Virus record (IMG/VR): IMGVR_UViG_3300042311_000577
Coordinates: 32,001-96,000 of that record
DNA: 64,000 nt
Strand: one strand, 5' to 3'
DNA from: a virus
Of this stretch, positions 49,644 through 60,040 are shown one piece after another; position 1 is the first letter of the stretch, and every line of letters begins with the position of its first letter. The notes under the pieces are model-generated. The model was given only the letters and a program-made list of their open reading frames with translations. It searched no databases and had not been told where the DNA came from. A program made the position numbers and the translations under genes.

Positions 49644-50305
49644 TATCTTAAGATATTTTGACTGTCATCAGTTGGATCAACTGGTATTTGAGCAATCATG
49701 GTTAATTCTTTTAAAGCAAATTGTTCTATTTCAGAAAATAAATATTCTGGAATATTAAGTGGTTGATCTTGTATAAGTTCACAGTTATCTGAATCACATG
49801 TAGGAACATTATTTTCAAATATAGCTTCTATTCTAATTGCATCCCAATCTATATTAGGACAGTATATGTAACCATTAAGGTACCAGAAGTATGGTCTCTT
49901 ATTATATTTAAATGTTGTAGATTTAGTTATAGAAACCCAAGTACCTGGATCAGTTCTAAACATTTCTATACCGCCATCTATAGAAGATATAGTACGTATA
50001 ATAGGACCAAACATACCATCAAGAATTGTAGGTAACTTATCTTTAGATCTTTTAAAATAACATCCAGAATAAACTCCTACACAACCAGCCTCCACTTTAT
50101 CAACATCAATTAACTCTACATAGGGAAGAACTTTAAAGATCTGACTCATCTTCATTAATCTAAATTGATTGTCTTCTCTTTTTATAAGAGTTTTAGCATA
50201 CTTTGTAAGAACAAAATATATCTGTCTATCAGTAAGAAAAGAATCCTCCTTTACAGCTTTTAAAGCATTTCTTACTCTTGATATTGCTTCTCCAATATTT
50301 GTCAT
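49643..50305 (-). CDS. Tail ring / tubular protein
   Basis: 220 aa; LTDRQIYF and YFWYLNGYIY...IRIEAIFEN; crAss-like synteny. Confidence 0.6.
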   Translation of the reverse strand: MTNIGEAISRVRNALKAVKEDSFLTDRQIYFVLTKYAKTLIKREDNQFRLMKMSQIFKVLPYVELIDVDKVEAGCVGVYSGCYFKRSKDKLPTILDGMFGPIIRTISSIDGGIEMFRTDPGTWVSITKSTTFKYNKRPYFWYLNGYIYCPNIDWDAIRIEAIFENNVPTCDSDNCELIQDQPLNIPEYLFSEIEQFALKELTMIAQIPVDPTDDSQNILR

Positions 50306-50883
50306 ATGTCAAATTCATTATAGCTTTTTAAAGCTTTTTTTTCTTTATTAAGCGCAATACTTTTATGTATTGCTTTATCATATATTTTCCTAAGTTTAGT
50401 TGTAGCATTAACTACAACATACATATTCCAATTTTCTGAATAGTTTTTAGAAACACTTCTTTTAAATTCTCTGCATGCAACAAAACTCCAAAACTCTCTA
50501 TTTCTCATTTTATGTTTAGGAGCATGACTTGTAAAAAAGATTTTAGCTAACTTACCATCTGTATTAAAATTATTATTTGTTACTTTTAAACCATACTTAT
50601 TAGACTTTGCATAATCAATATTACTTTTCTTACTTGATTGACATGTCCCAATAAATAACCATCCAATTGTTTCAGGTAACTGAACTCCATCTCTTTTTTC
50701 AATTACTGTATTAAACAATAATTTATTAAAAGCTTTAATAACGGTTCTTAAATAATAATTATCATAGTTTTTATACTTACTATGTTTCTTTTTAAAACTA
50801 TCAAAGAACTTTTTGTTCAATACACTATACACTTCAGATCTATATCTTGGTGCTTTTAAATTTGGTTTGTTAAACTCCTTCAT
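50302..50883 (-). CDS. IHF/HU-like basic DNA-binding protein (crAss IHF-like gene)
   Basis: 193 aa, basic; helical N-terminal part followed by DGVQLPETIGWLFI; position next to the tail ring genes. Confidence 0.6.
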   Translation of the reverse strand: MKEFNKPNLKAPRYRSEVYSVLNKKFFDSFKKKHSKYKNYDNYYLRTVIKAFNKLLFNTVIEKRDGVQLPETIGWLFIGTCQSSKKSNIDYAKSNKYGLKVTNNNFNTDGKLAKIFFTSHAPKHKMRNREFWSFVACREFKRSVSKNYSENWNMYVVVNATTKLRKIYDKAIHKSIALNKEKKALKSYNEFDI

Positions 50884-50885
50884 AT

Positions 50886-50916
50886 TAATATACTAAAAAT
50901 AAATGATATTAGCAAA
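50886..50916 (-). promoter_or_regulatory. Putative promoter TTTG-N20-TATATTA
   Basis: Directly downstream of a terminator; motif shared with other intergenic regions; ends only 2 nt before the ATG. Confidence 0.55.
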
Positions 50917-50923
50917 TATACAT

Positions 50924-50952
50924 AAAAAACAAAACCCTCACTAGTGCGAGGG
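50924..50952 (-). terminator. Rho-independent terminator
   Basis: Minus strand CCCTCGC-ACTA-GTGAGGG followed by TTTTGTTTTTT. Confidence 0.75.
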
Positions 50953-50996
50953 CTTGCCTTGTTGTCACAGAAACCAACAACCTGTAACTTCTTTTT

Positions 50997-52199
50997 TTAT
51001 CCTATAACTGTTACTGAATAAGTACCTAATCCACCTGGTACAACTTCAACAATTGAAATATTATTACCATCATCAACAGTATATGTATAATCAGTACCAT
51101 GTATATATGTAACAAATGGTAAAGGTAATGATGCTGATTTTACAGAGATAATGACATTTGTTGTACCTAGATCATGATTTATTGTTTGATCACCGGTTAA
51201 TGCGGATGATGGAAATTTAGCCACATCAGCAGCAATTGTTACAGCAGTAGCAGAAGCACTTAAATTAATACCATTACCAGCAGTTAAACCTTTAGTTACT
51301 AAAGCAGGACCAGTTCCATCATTTACTAAAGTTTCTGTTCCACCAGCAGATGCTAATGATACAGGGCCTTCTGTATTTGTAATTGTAAAGTTTGGATAGG
51401 TTCCCGTAATATCAATACCAGCTCCTTCAGTTAATACTACTGTTTGATCAGGTGCAGAGTTAGTAATTCTAATTGCATCTGTACCAGGTACAGTACTTGC
51501 ATTAAGAGTGATGCCTGTTCCTGCTACAAAGTTTAATGTATCTCCAGGAGCTTCAGCAATTTGAATGTTTGTAGGATCATTAGCTGGTCCCCATACAAAT
51601 CCTGAATCAGGATTAATTTGAGCTCTGTCAAAATCATTTGGTGGAATAACACTACCTGGTACAACTGAGGCACCTGTAACATGACCAAAAGTATCAAATG
51701 TAAAAAAGACATCTTGGATAAAAGTATTACCAGAGTTATCACTATTTAAGTTAGCTACACTTGATGTATCTTGATGAGAAACAGTTACTGTTCCTGCAAT
51801 TGGATTTTGAGATATTAAAATACCAGGACCTGCAAGAATTGATGCAAGTATATCATTTTGAAATACTGTATCAAAATAAGCTTGTAAGGCAGGTATATCA
51901 ATAGATACAGTATATGTTGTTACATTACCTACTGTATTAGGAACTACATCTATATAAGTAGAACCTACAACCTGAGTTACTGGACCTACTGTATTACAAA
52001 TATAGTTTACTAATTTAGTAATTACTGTATCTAAATAATCATATCTTTTGATTACTGTGTCTGTATTACAAATTATATCAGTACCTGTATATACAATGCA
52101 CTGAGAATTAAATACCTCCGGGCATGCAGGAGGACACGGAGGAGTAACCGTATAGGTATTGTTACATCCGCAGTTTTGATTACATGTGTGAGTTGCCAT
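50997..52199 (-). CDS. Fibre-like virion protein with a Cys-rich N-terminus
   Basis: 400 aa; repeated AGPGILI / AGTGITL / EGAGIDIT / AGNGINL beta-turn units; C-terminal INHDLGT motif. Confidence 0.6.
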   Translation of the reverse strand: MATHTCNQNCGCNNTYTVTPPCPPACPEVFNSQCIVYTGTDIICNTDTVIKRYDYLDTVITKLVNYICNTVGPVTQVVGSTYIDVVPNTVGNVTTYTVSIDIPALQAYFDTVFQNDILASILAGPGILISQNPIAGTVTVSHQDTSSVANLNSDNSGNTFIQDVFFTFDTFGHVTGASVVPGSVIPPNDFDRAQINPDSGFVWGPANDPTNIQIAEAPGDTLNFVAGTGITLNASTVPGTDAIRITNSAPDQTVVLTEGAGIDITGTYPNFTITNTEGPVSLASAGGTETLVNDGTGPALVTKGLTAGNGINLSASATAVTIAADVAKFPSSALTGDQTINHDLGTTNVIISVKSASLPLPFVTYIHGTDYTYTVDDGNNISIVEVVPGGLGTYSVTVIG

Positions 52200-52263
52200 T
52201 TTTTTTATTTTAAATTAAACATATATACATATTCTTGAATTAAAATTAATTCATTTATTGGTT

Positions 52264-54762
52264 TTATAAATTTCTAAGTTTAACAAACCCAATTCTTATT
52301 GCATCACTTCCATTATATGCACCACCAGCATAATCTTCTCCTGTTAAATTTAACATTCTGAAAATTACTTCACTTCCAACATTTAGTGTAACTACACATT
52401 GAGCAGTAAGAATTATGTTACTATCCATATTTGCAACTATACTTTTTGAAGCTCCTGTAAATATATCTCCAGAATTTGTTCCTCCACTACATATACCTAT
52501 ATCAAATCGTCCATCAGAACCTGTTGTTTTCCAATATGCAGTATTGTCTCCATTAGCTTTTAAATAAGTAGACATTGTTAAAAGATACTCACCTTTTTGT
52601 GTTATTTCAAATATACCCGTAGTATTATCAACTGTTAAGAATGTAGAAGTTGGAGGAGCAGTTACTGGAAATGTTGCACCAATGTAATTAGTTCCTCCAT
52701 AAGGGGGGATAGTAACATTTACAACAGTTCCGTTAGAATCCATGTAGTTGTATTGAAGTACATCTTGTACTCTTTGACCAACAGGATAATTATTACCACC
52801 TTTACCAACCGTTTTTCCTGGTGCATTTACTACATTTGGTATTGTTGCAGGAGCAGTGTTACAATTGTTTGGTCCTCCAATAGTTACTTGAGCATAAAAA
52901 TAATCTAAACCATTATTTACAACTGGTGCTTCAATTGCAATACATCCTGTATCTCCTACTGATATATCTAATGTACAAGAAGTTAAAGATCTTAAAGCTA
53001 AAGTTTGTGTAACAGGATCCCATGAATCTATTAATGATACACAATCACAAGAACCAGTTCCTAATATATTATTTAAATCATCTTCAAATTCTTGTGCCGT
53101 AAAGTTAATAACACAACCTCCACCGGTTGTTGTTTTATTAAGTACAGGAGTCCAATTATAATCCCATATTCCTTTATTTGCTGTTACATATAAATTAGTA
53201 ATTGGATATGTTAATCCACTAAAAGTAGCATCAAAATTTGGACCTAATGCTGAAGATAAACCAGTTGAAGTTATTGGACCATTAGTTGTTGCGGCATATA
53301 CCTGCAATAAAAAATTTCTTGATGTAACATCAAATGTATTTGCAGGATATACTACACCTCTAAAAAAGTTCCAATGATTATTATAATCAAGTACAAACTC
53401 AGCATGATCATTTGTCCATCCAGATGTTGGTTGCAATTGATTTACAGTTAATGAAGGTGTACTATTATTTCCATGATAACTTTGAGAAATCTCACTATTA
53501 TTATTTGCTTCATTTACAAATGCTATATATATTAAACCTGTAGGTGCTATCCAACTTGGAGTATTCCAGTTAGGTGGGATTGTAGCTCCAACAGGAGTTG
53601 CTGTTGAAGGATTTAACCAATTAAAAAAAGTAGGTGCAGGTGATATACCTGTAAAATTACCATTTTTAATTATTCTTGGAAATTTTAAATATGTTTCAGG
53701 AGTTTGAACTTCAAAAATATATAAATTACCAGTATAACTTGGATTTGCTGTTTGGTAATTTGTATACCAGTCAGTAACGGCTGTACATAAAGTTTGTTTG
53801 TTTGTAAGATAAGTTGCACTACAATCTCCTCCTTCAGCATAAGGACCTGAAGAAATATCAATATGAACATATATGTCAGCATTATTTGTTATAGCTTCAC
53901 CACATGGACATGGTTCTTCAATTGTTAAAGTATCTCCAGGATTTAAAGTAGATACAAAGTTATATATATCACATAATGCAATCCAAATATTATTGATTGC
54001 ATCAGCTACTGTACTATAAGAAGCATTTTGTATCCAATTTGGATTAAAACTAAAAGGAGTACCTGTTGTTAATTGTAAATCTGTATCATCAATACATTTT
54101 GCATTTACTGCATTTATTAATTCAGATGTGGTACCTGTTGCTGTATAGAATGGACACCAAACATTATTTATAAATTCTTGTAATATTGTATTTATAAATT
54201 GAGTTGAACCTGTTGGTAAGGAACCAATAGGACAACTAGTTAGAGTAAAAGATGGTATAACATTCTCCGGAGCAGGAGTATTTTCTAATACTGTAACTCG
54301 TATATCTAAATTATTAATTTGACTTTGTAAGTCTCCTATTTGATCTATTAAGTCACAAACTTTTTGTGCAATCATTTGAACATAGTCAACTAACTGCATT
54401 GTTGTTTGATTGTTCTGAACAAAACAAGGTTTAACTGTAACTACACAATCAGGGCATCCTGAGTCAACTCTAGTTGTATCAGTAGGTATACCTTCAAGTT
54501 CACAAATCTTTTCAATAAGCAATTGAATTAAAGCTTGAAAATCCTTTGGACCACACGCTGTTATACCAAGACAAGATAAGTCATAATTAGTTACATTGGT
54601 TTGATCTAATAATGTACAAAGCTCTGTAGCCATTTTAGCTACTACATCGGATATAGTATCTCCAGTACATAGATTAATACAATCTAGTGTAGGTCCTTGC
54701 CATACCACACAATTTGATGATACTGGTGAACATGGTCTGTTATCTAAATTTAAAGGCTTCAT
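52264..54762 (-). CDS. Cys-rich fibre/spike-like protein with a coiled coil and a C1q-like C-terminus
   Basis: 832 aa; SSNCVVWQGP N-terminus; coiled coil LQSQINNLDIRVTVLE; TGIFEITQKGEYLLT C1q-like strand. Confidence 0.55.
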   Translation of the reverse strand: MKPLNLDNRPCSPVSSNCVVWQGPTLDCINLCTGDTISDVVAKMATELCTLLDQTNVTNYDLSCLGITACGPKDFQALIQLLIEKICELEGIPTDTTRVDSGCPDCVVTVKPCFVQNNQTTMQLVDYVQMIAQKVCDLIDQIGDLQSQINNLDIRVTVLENTPAPENVIPSFTLTSCPIGSLPTGSTQFINTILQEFINNVWCPFYTATGTTSELINAVNAKCIDDTDLQLTTGTPFSFNPNWIQNASYSTVADAINNIWIALCDIYNFVSTLNPGDTLTIEEPCPCGEAITNNADIYVHIDISSGPYAEGGDCSATYLTNKQTLCTAVTDWYTNYQTANPSYTGNLYIFEVQTPETYLKFPRIIKNGNFTGISPAPTFFNWLNPSTATPVGATIPPNWNTPSWIAPTGLIYIAFVNEANNNSEISQSYHGNNSTPSLTVNQLQPTSGWTNDHAEFVLDYNNHWNFFRGVVYPANTFDVTSRNFLLQVYAATTNGPITSTGLSSALGPNFDATFSGLTYPITNLYVTANKGIWDYNWTPVLNKTTTGGGCVINFTAQEFEDDLNNILGTGSCDCVSLIDSWDPVTQTLALRSLTSCTLDISVGDTGCIAIEAPVVNNGLDYFYAQVTIGGPNNCNTAPATIPNVVNAPGKTVGKGGNNYPVGQRVQDVLQYNYMDSNGTVVNVTIPPYGGTNYIGATFPVTAPPTSTFLTVDNTTGIFEITQKGEYLLTMSTYLKANGDNTAYWKTTGSDGRFDIGICSGGTNSGDIFTGASKSIVANMDSNIILTAQCVVTLNVGSEVIFRMLNLTGEDYAGGAYNGSDAIRIGFVKLRNL

Positions 54763-54777
54763 AGTTTATTCTATTTA

Positions 54778-54808
54778 TAATATACAAATTAATTTTTACA
54801 ATTGCAAG
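54778..54808 (-). promoter_or_regulatory. Putative promoter CTTG-N20-TATATTA
   Basis: Same spacing and -7-like box as the other copies. Confidence 0.5.
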
Positions 54809-57230
54809 TTTGACTTGTATTATTGTTGCATCCACAAGTACATTCTTTACACTTATAATTAGGATCTTTAAGAGCTTGTAAGTCTATTAGTTCTTTTTGT
54901 ATTAACCATCTATCATCTTCTTCAGGGCAACAGTTAGTTATACCATATCTTTTTTCAAGAGCTAGTTTATACATTATTTCTGCAAACCTACATGTAATAT
55001 TATCATATTTTTCTGGAGAACAAATTGGTGTATTATATCCAGGTTTTACAGTTCTATTGTTTTTGAATACAGGTTGTGGACAAACAAATGCTGTTGTATC
55101 AAGTTGTAAACAGTTACCAAAATATTCAGCATATAAAAATTGACCTTCTGGTAATTCTGGTAATATCCATTTCTTTAAACAAATCTTTTCAGAAGTTTCT
55201 CCTACCAGCAATGTTATTTCTTGTGTATTATTTTCACAATCAATATATTCTATAGTTTGTTCTGTTAGTGTAAGATTGGTAAGTTTAGAACATACACATG
55301 GTAAATCAACACCACATTCACGACAACCTTCAAATTGTTCTGCTACAACTACATTAGATAATGTTTCAAATGTTCTTGTTGTCTCAATTTCCCAACAGGT
55401 ATCACAGTTTTCAATTTTTATAACACTGCCTACATAGTCTGATAAATCTGTTGTAGTAACAATATCTCCCACTTCACCTGCACAATCTGTAAGTCTGTAA
55501 AATGTAGATAAACAGTCATTACATCTTTTAAAAACATTATCAATTACAACTAATGTTTCAGATGGCGGTACATAATTAATTTGTTGTACAGTAAAACATC
55601 CACAATCGGTTTCTACAACTTGATTTACATATGCTGATAAATTTTGAGTAGTATATTGTACTTCATATATCTTTTCACAATTCTGAAGTTTATAAGCTAT
55701 ATATGGTTCACAAGTTTCACAAGAACTGAACTCTTGAAGTACTGTTACATCTACAGGACAATCACATGGACCAGGACATTTTTCTGTTTGAACATTTATC
55801 CAAGGAACTTCTTGAATAACCCAACCTGTTAAATTACCATCACTAATTGTTTCTGGACAATCACCTTGAAATTTACTTTCTGCATAAGTAGTACCAGGAT
55901 TTGCACAACAGTCAATAATTGTGATAACCCAATTAGTAGAAGGATTAGTTGATGCATTCCAAATATAAAAGTCATCTGTACCAACTGTAAATTTCCATAC
56001 TCCCCAACCATTATAAGTTCCTATATTAAGTGCTGTATGTTCAGTTACTGATATAAGACCAGATTGTTCTCTAGCTTCTATAGTTACAGTTATACAATCA
56101 CAGCCACTTGATATACTTTCTTCTACTTCCCAACAACCTTCATAACCTAATAATGTAATTACAGAAGATGTATTTACATATTGAGATAAAGTTTGAAGAG
56201 TAGAATAAATTATTTCCTTTGTGTCACAATTTGTTAGTTTATAACATACTGCAGGACATAAACCATCAACACATTCTTCACCTTGAATAATCTGAAATTG
56301 ACCAGGTGTTCCTGAAAAAATAGGATATACTCTAGAGCAAAATTTAGTTATAGTTGCATCTTTAACTACTTCATTATCACAATTAACATACTGTAATGAT
56401 TTTAAAGTACCGGTTATTTCATAACAAAGGCATGGACATGGTTCAACTGTATCTAAAACAGTAACAGTAATTATAGCATTATCACATTTACCATCTTGTT
56501 CAATTACAAACCAGGTACCTGTCTTTTCTTCAATTTCTATATATTGCCCTACATATCCTGATAAATCAAACCATGTATTAAAATAAAGACCATCACAGTT
56601 TACTAAAGTATAACATTGAGGATCTTCACAAGTTGGACATTCTAATTTATATTCTTCACAAGTAGCTTTACCACTATAAGATAGTACAGTATATTGTGAT
56701 TGTAATGGTATTAATGGAAGTGTGTTATATTCTTCAGGTGTTATATTAGATATTACTGATATATCATAACAGAAATTTTCAAATCCATTAGCGGGAGTTC
56801 CTGTATAGTTAATTAATCCACCACTTAAAAAACCTCCTGGTAAAGGACCTTGTGTTTCTATTACACTTTGGCCACAACAACTTGTAAAGATTAATTTAGA
56901 TAAGTCTGGATTACAGTTTATACATTCCGCACAACCATTTTCTATATCAGTAGAACTTAATGTAAATTGAGCAAATTCACTTAAACTTATACCAGGATAA
57001 GGAACTCCTGCATTACCAGGATAAGTTATTAAATAACAACTATCTGGATTAAATATTATTTGACCAGTTACAAAACCAGGACCTGTAATAATATAAACAC
57101 CTTCTTGAAAAGTATTTGGATCAAATCCTTCAATATTGTATATACCTCTATCAGATGTATCACAACAATTGACTATCTCTACATAAGGTATTGCTACTGC
57201 TGATGATATACCGGTTCCTGGAACTGCCAT
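54789..57230 (-). CDS. Cys-rich repeat structural protein
   Basis: 813 aa with at least four Y-x-L-x-[ND]-C...LS-x-YV repeats. Confidence 0.65.
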   Translation of the reverse strand: MAVPGTGISSAVAIPYVEIVNCCDTSDRGIYNIEGFDPNTFQEGVYIITGPGFVTGQIIFNPDSCYLITYPGNAGVPYPGISLSEFAQFTLSSTDIENGCAECINCNPDLSKLIFTSCCGQSVIETQGPLPGGFLSGGLINYTGTPANGFENFCYDISVISNITPEEYNTLPLIPLQSQYTVLSYSGKATCEEYKLECPTCEDPQCYTLVNCDGLYFNTWFDLSGYVGQYIEIEEKTGTWFVIEQDGKCDNAIITVTVLDTVEPCPCLCYEITGTLKSLQYVNCDNEVVKDATITKFCSRVYPIFSGTPGQFQIIQGEECVDGLCPAVCYKLTNCDTKEIIYSTLQTLSQYVNTSSVITLLGYEGCWEVEESISSGCDCITVTIEAREQSGLISVTEHTALNIGTYNGWGVWKFTVGTDDFYIWNASTNPSTNWVITIIDCCANPGTTYAESKFQGDCPETISDGNLTGWVIQEVPWINVQTEKCPGPCDCPVDVTVLQEFSSCETCEPYIAYKLQNCEKIYEVQYTTQNLSAYVNQVVETDCGCFTVQQINYVPPSETLVVIDNVFKRCNDCLSTFYRLTDCAGEVGDIVTTTDLSDYVGSVIKIENCDTCWEIETTRTFETLSNVVVAEQFEGCRECGVDLPCVCSKLTNLTLTEQTIEYIDCENNTQEITLLVGETSEKICLKKWILPELPEGQFLYAEYFGNCLQLDTTAFVCPQPVFKNNRTVKPGYNTPICSPEKYDNITCRFAEIMYKLALEKRYGITNCCPEEDDRWLIQKELIDLQALKDPNYKCKECTCGCNNNTSQTCNCKN

Positions 57231-57433
57231 TATTTTACAAATTTCTGTAAGTTATTATACCTATCTTTTCCCCAAGTATCAACTTTAGGAGTTTCTTTTA
57301 CAGTTGGTTTTTGTGTTTTTAATGAAGATTCATATTGTGATACACAATTATTACAAACTGTTCTTCCATTAGATGCTGTCTTTCTTTGACATCCGCAAGA
57401 TAATTTTTTTCCACAATTTGGACATGCACTCAT
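57230..57433 (-). CDS. Small Cys-rich protein (possible Zn-binding)
   Basis: CPNC..SCGC...CNNC; overlaps the start of the downstream gene. Confidence 0.65.
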   Translation of the reverse strand: MSACPNCGKKLSCGCQRKTASNGRTVCNNCVSQYESSLKTQKPTVKETPKVDTWGKDRYNNLQKFVK

Positions 57434-57454
57434 AATTTGTTGGTTTTTAAGTGT

Positions 57455-57997
57455 TTAACAATTTTTACAATCTAATTTATTTAAAAGTTTAACTGCATAA
57501 TTAAATAATGTCATACCTTCTTGGTTTTCATGACAAGTTTCTACTTTAGCTTCTGCAGCTTCTAAAAACATTTTTATCATATGTAACTGTTTCAGCCTTT
57601 CTTTTACTTTAGCTGGTGGATCACAATCTGATATACTTATATTACAAAGAATTTTCTCATACTGATTAAGTGCACAAGTCATTCTTAAATGATTGTACTC
57701 TACATAGACTTTACATTCTGGGTCTATTGCGTACTTAATATTATATATACCATCTGGTAAATTTACAAAACTTGAATCACAATTTTCAGTCTGAAGTCCT
57801 AAATCACATGCCGTAAGTGTAGGAGTAGAGTCTGGTACAAATGCTACTTCAGCAGTATATTTAAATCCCGGTGCTACTATGTATAGTTTAGGATTAACTA
57901 TACCCACCAATGCAGAATACACACTTGTATCAAATATCTTCATTACACAAGCATTTGATACAGTAGGGATTTCTAAACTTAATACATGATTTGCCAT
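57455..57997 (-). CDS. Structural protein (Ig-like / tail hub candidate)
   Basis: 180 aa; LPDGIYNIKY motif; position in the structural module. Confidence 0.55.
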   Translation of the reverse strand: MANHVLSLEIPTVSNACVMKIFDTSVYSALVGIVNPKLYIVAPGFKYTAEVAFVPDSTPTLTACDLGLQTENCDSSFVNLPDGIYNIKYAIDPECKVYVEYNHLRMTCALNQYEKILCNISISDCDPPAKVKERLKQLHMIKMFLEAAEAKVETCHENQEGMTLFNYAVKLLNKLDCKNC

Positions 57998-58008
57998 AAG
58001 ATAATAAT

Positions 58009-58048
58009 AAAAAAAGGAGAGGAGAAATTATTATCTCACTCTCCTTTT
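58009..58048 (-). terminator. Rho-independent terminator
   Basis: Minus strand AAAAGGAGAGTGAGA...TCTCCTCTCC followed by T7. Confidence 0.75.
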
Positions 58049-58068
58049 GAGTTGTTTATAATTTAATA

Positions 58069-59454
58069 TTAATCTGCTACGGTATCACCTGGGAAAGGTA
58101 CAATTGGATCTGCACAGTTATTACCTGATACAGTTGGTTTTGCAGTACATGTAGTACATGTATCTAACCAATTATTTATTGCAGCCCATACACCAGTTGG
58201 ACTACTAATATCACCTTGTTTAACAATAAGTTCTACTAAGTATTGATCATTGTCAAATGTTCCAGATGGGTTATAGAAACGTGGTACATTATGTAGTAAA
58301 TAAATTCTATCATAAAGTTTATTTCTCTCAATAAAACCATTACATCCTACAATTGCATCTCCTTGAGTAATTTCACGAATCCTGAAGTCAGTTGCAAAGA
58401 AGTTTTGTCTGTAAGATTCTGACAAGATAAAATCTCTTGCTACGGTTTCCCCAACTCCGTTAGCCTGTAAACCATAACATTCAACACCTACACAAAGTGT
58501 TTGGAATTCACATGGTGCACCTGTTAAATCTACTTCAGATGCATAGATTCTTACTGGCTCTAATTCATAGAAGTCAGAAACTTGGAATGTACAATTACCA
58601 AATTTAGTTTCTTCATAAGCACCTGTTAAAGTAAATCCTGCACACATATCTGCTGTATATGCTTCTTCTGACCATGCAGAATAATTTTCATATGTTACAG
58701 TTAGTGGAGGTATTGGTAATGTACCTAAGTCAACATTATCTGGATAATAGTATGTCCAAGTAGCACCATTGTCATTAGAGAATGTTACAATTGGATATAC
58801 AAATGGATTGATGATTGGAGAATTCAAAATTTGATTTGCCCAAGCAAAATATACTTTACGTGGATCTACTGGTACTGGAGCAATAGCCGGATCATCTGGA
58901 GAATCTGGACAACATCCGGTATATCCCTCAAGAGTCAAGTATGCATTGTGATTTAAATATCTTAATGCTGGAGAACCTTTAACATCTAAACGTAGATAGT
59001 AAGTTTCACCACATAAAAATTCTTTACAACATGTCCCAGCAGTTTCACCTGGATTAGAACTTGATGGTGGATTAAGAACATTCCAAGGAGTGTATCCAAC
59101 ATTAGTTACATACTTAGAAGGTGTATTAGCCTCAACATACCAATACTTACTCACATACTGAGGTTTGATAGTTTTAGTTTTGTTAGACTCTTGGTATCCT
59201 CCATGAAACTTACCAATTTTATCTTTTGGATAAATTGAACCTGATGCAACAATAACACTACAACATGGATCAGTATCCGGTGCTGGCGCAACTTCAAAGT
59301 TGTCAGGATTAATAAATGTAATTTGAGCTGCTCCCAACTCATTATAAGTTGTAGCTCCTGGTGCAGTTGGAGTACCTAACTGAACACCATCTAAATCAGA
59401 AACCCCTCCTGTTGCCAAAAGGACTTTTCTAAAAGCGTGATTAAAATAAGCCAT
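58069..59454 (-). CDS. Abundant structural protein, probable auxiliary capsid protein
   Basis: 461 aa; flanked by its own putative promoter and terminator; lies downstream of MCP and a ring gene as in Crassvirales (inferred from synteny). Confidence 0.55.
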   Translation of the reverse strand: MAYFNHAFRKVLLATGGVSDLDGVQLGTPTAPGATTYNELGAAQITFINPDNFEVAPAPDTDPCCSVIVASGSIYPKDKIGKFHGGYQESNKTKTIKPQYVSKYWYVEANTPSKYVTNVGYTPWNVLNPPSSSNPGETAGTCCKEFLCGETYYLRLDVKGSPALRYLNHNAYLTLEGYTGCCPDSPDDPAIAPVPVDPRKVYFAWANQILNSPIINPFVYPIVTFSNDNGATWTYYYPDNVDLGTLPIPPLTVTYENYSAWSEEAYTADMCAGFTLTGAYEETKFGNCTFQVSDFYELEPVRIYASEVDLTGAPCEFQTLCVGVECYGLQANGVGETVARDFILSESYRQNFFATDFRIREITQGDAIVGCNGFIERNKLYDRIYLLHNVPRFYNPSGTFDNDQYLVELIVKQGDISSPTGVWAAINNWLDTCTTCTAKPTVSGNNCADPIVPFPGDTVAD

Positions 59455-59488
59455 TGTTTTTTGTTTTAGTTAATAAATATATATAGTA

Positions 59489-59519
59489 TAATATAATCAA
59501 AAGTTTTTAAATATCCAAA
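59489..59519 (-). promoter_or_regulatory. Putative promoter TTTG-N20-TATATTA
   Basis: Intergenic; exact match to the motif found upstream of 50883. Confidence 0.6.
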
Positions 59520-60038
59520 TTATTTTAAGAAAAGTAATTTATATTTAGTAGAATTAATTGAATCTTTTACTAAATCTAAGTTATTTACTATTTCTGAATA
59601 AGGTAACATACCTTGTAGTTTATTTACCATAGCATAAATATCTCTTAGGTAAGCCACACCATCTGCTACAGTATCTAAGGTTCTTGGAGAGACTTCAGAA
59701 TACTTTAATATTTTTTCTGCAGCTCCTTGATATCCTTCAATAAGACTATCAGCAAAATCTGGTAAAGCATCATATAATTTATTAAGAGCTTTGTGAGCTG
59801 CATAAGAACCATCACCTGTTACTTTAAGATGTAGCTTATGAAAACTTGTTCTTGCATTCATAAGTTCTGAAACACATGCAGATACCATAGTATCTAATGA
59901 ACTACCACCAACTCCTGTATCTGGAGTAGGTTGTGGTTTAGCTGGTTCTTCTTTTGGTTGAGTTACTATAACCTGTGGTCTGCTTATTGTTCTAGCAGGC
60001 TCAGGGTTTCTTTTTAAAAGTCTTGATTTTGTTTCCAT
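59520..60038 (-). CDS. Ferritin/Dps-like four-helix protein
   Basis: FHKLHL...SYAAHKALNKLYD...DSLIEGYQG...TKYKLLFL pattern of phage Dps-like proteins. Confidence 0.75.
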   Translation of the reverse strand: METKSRLLKRNPEPARTISRPQVIVTQPKEEPAKPQPTPDTGVGGSSLDTMVSACVSELMNARTSFHKLHLKVTGDGSYAAHKALNKLYDALPDFADSLIEGYQGAAEKILKYSEVSPRTLDTVADGVAYLRDIYAMVNKLQGMLPYSEIVNNLDLVKDSINSTKYKLLFLK

Positions 60039-60040
60039 AA

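Noticed and set aside
50997-57230. Diversity-generating retroelement target in the fibre genes
   Set aside because: No reverse transcriptase and no TR/VR repeat pair is visible in this window
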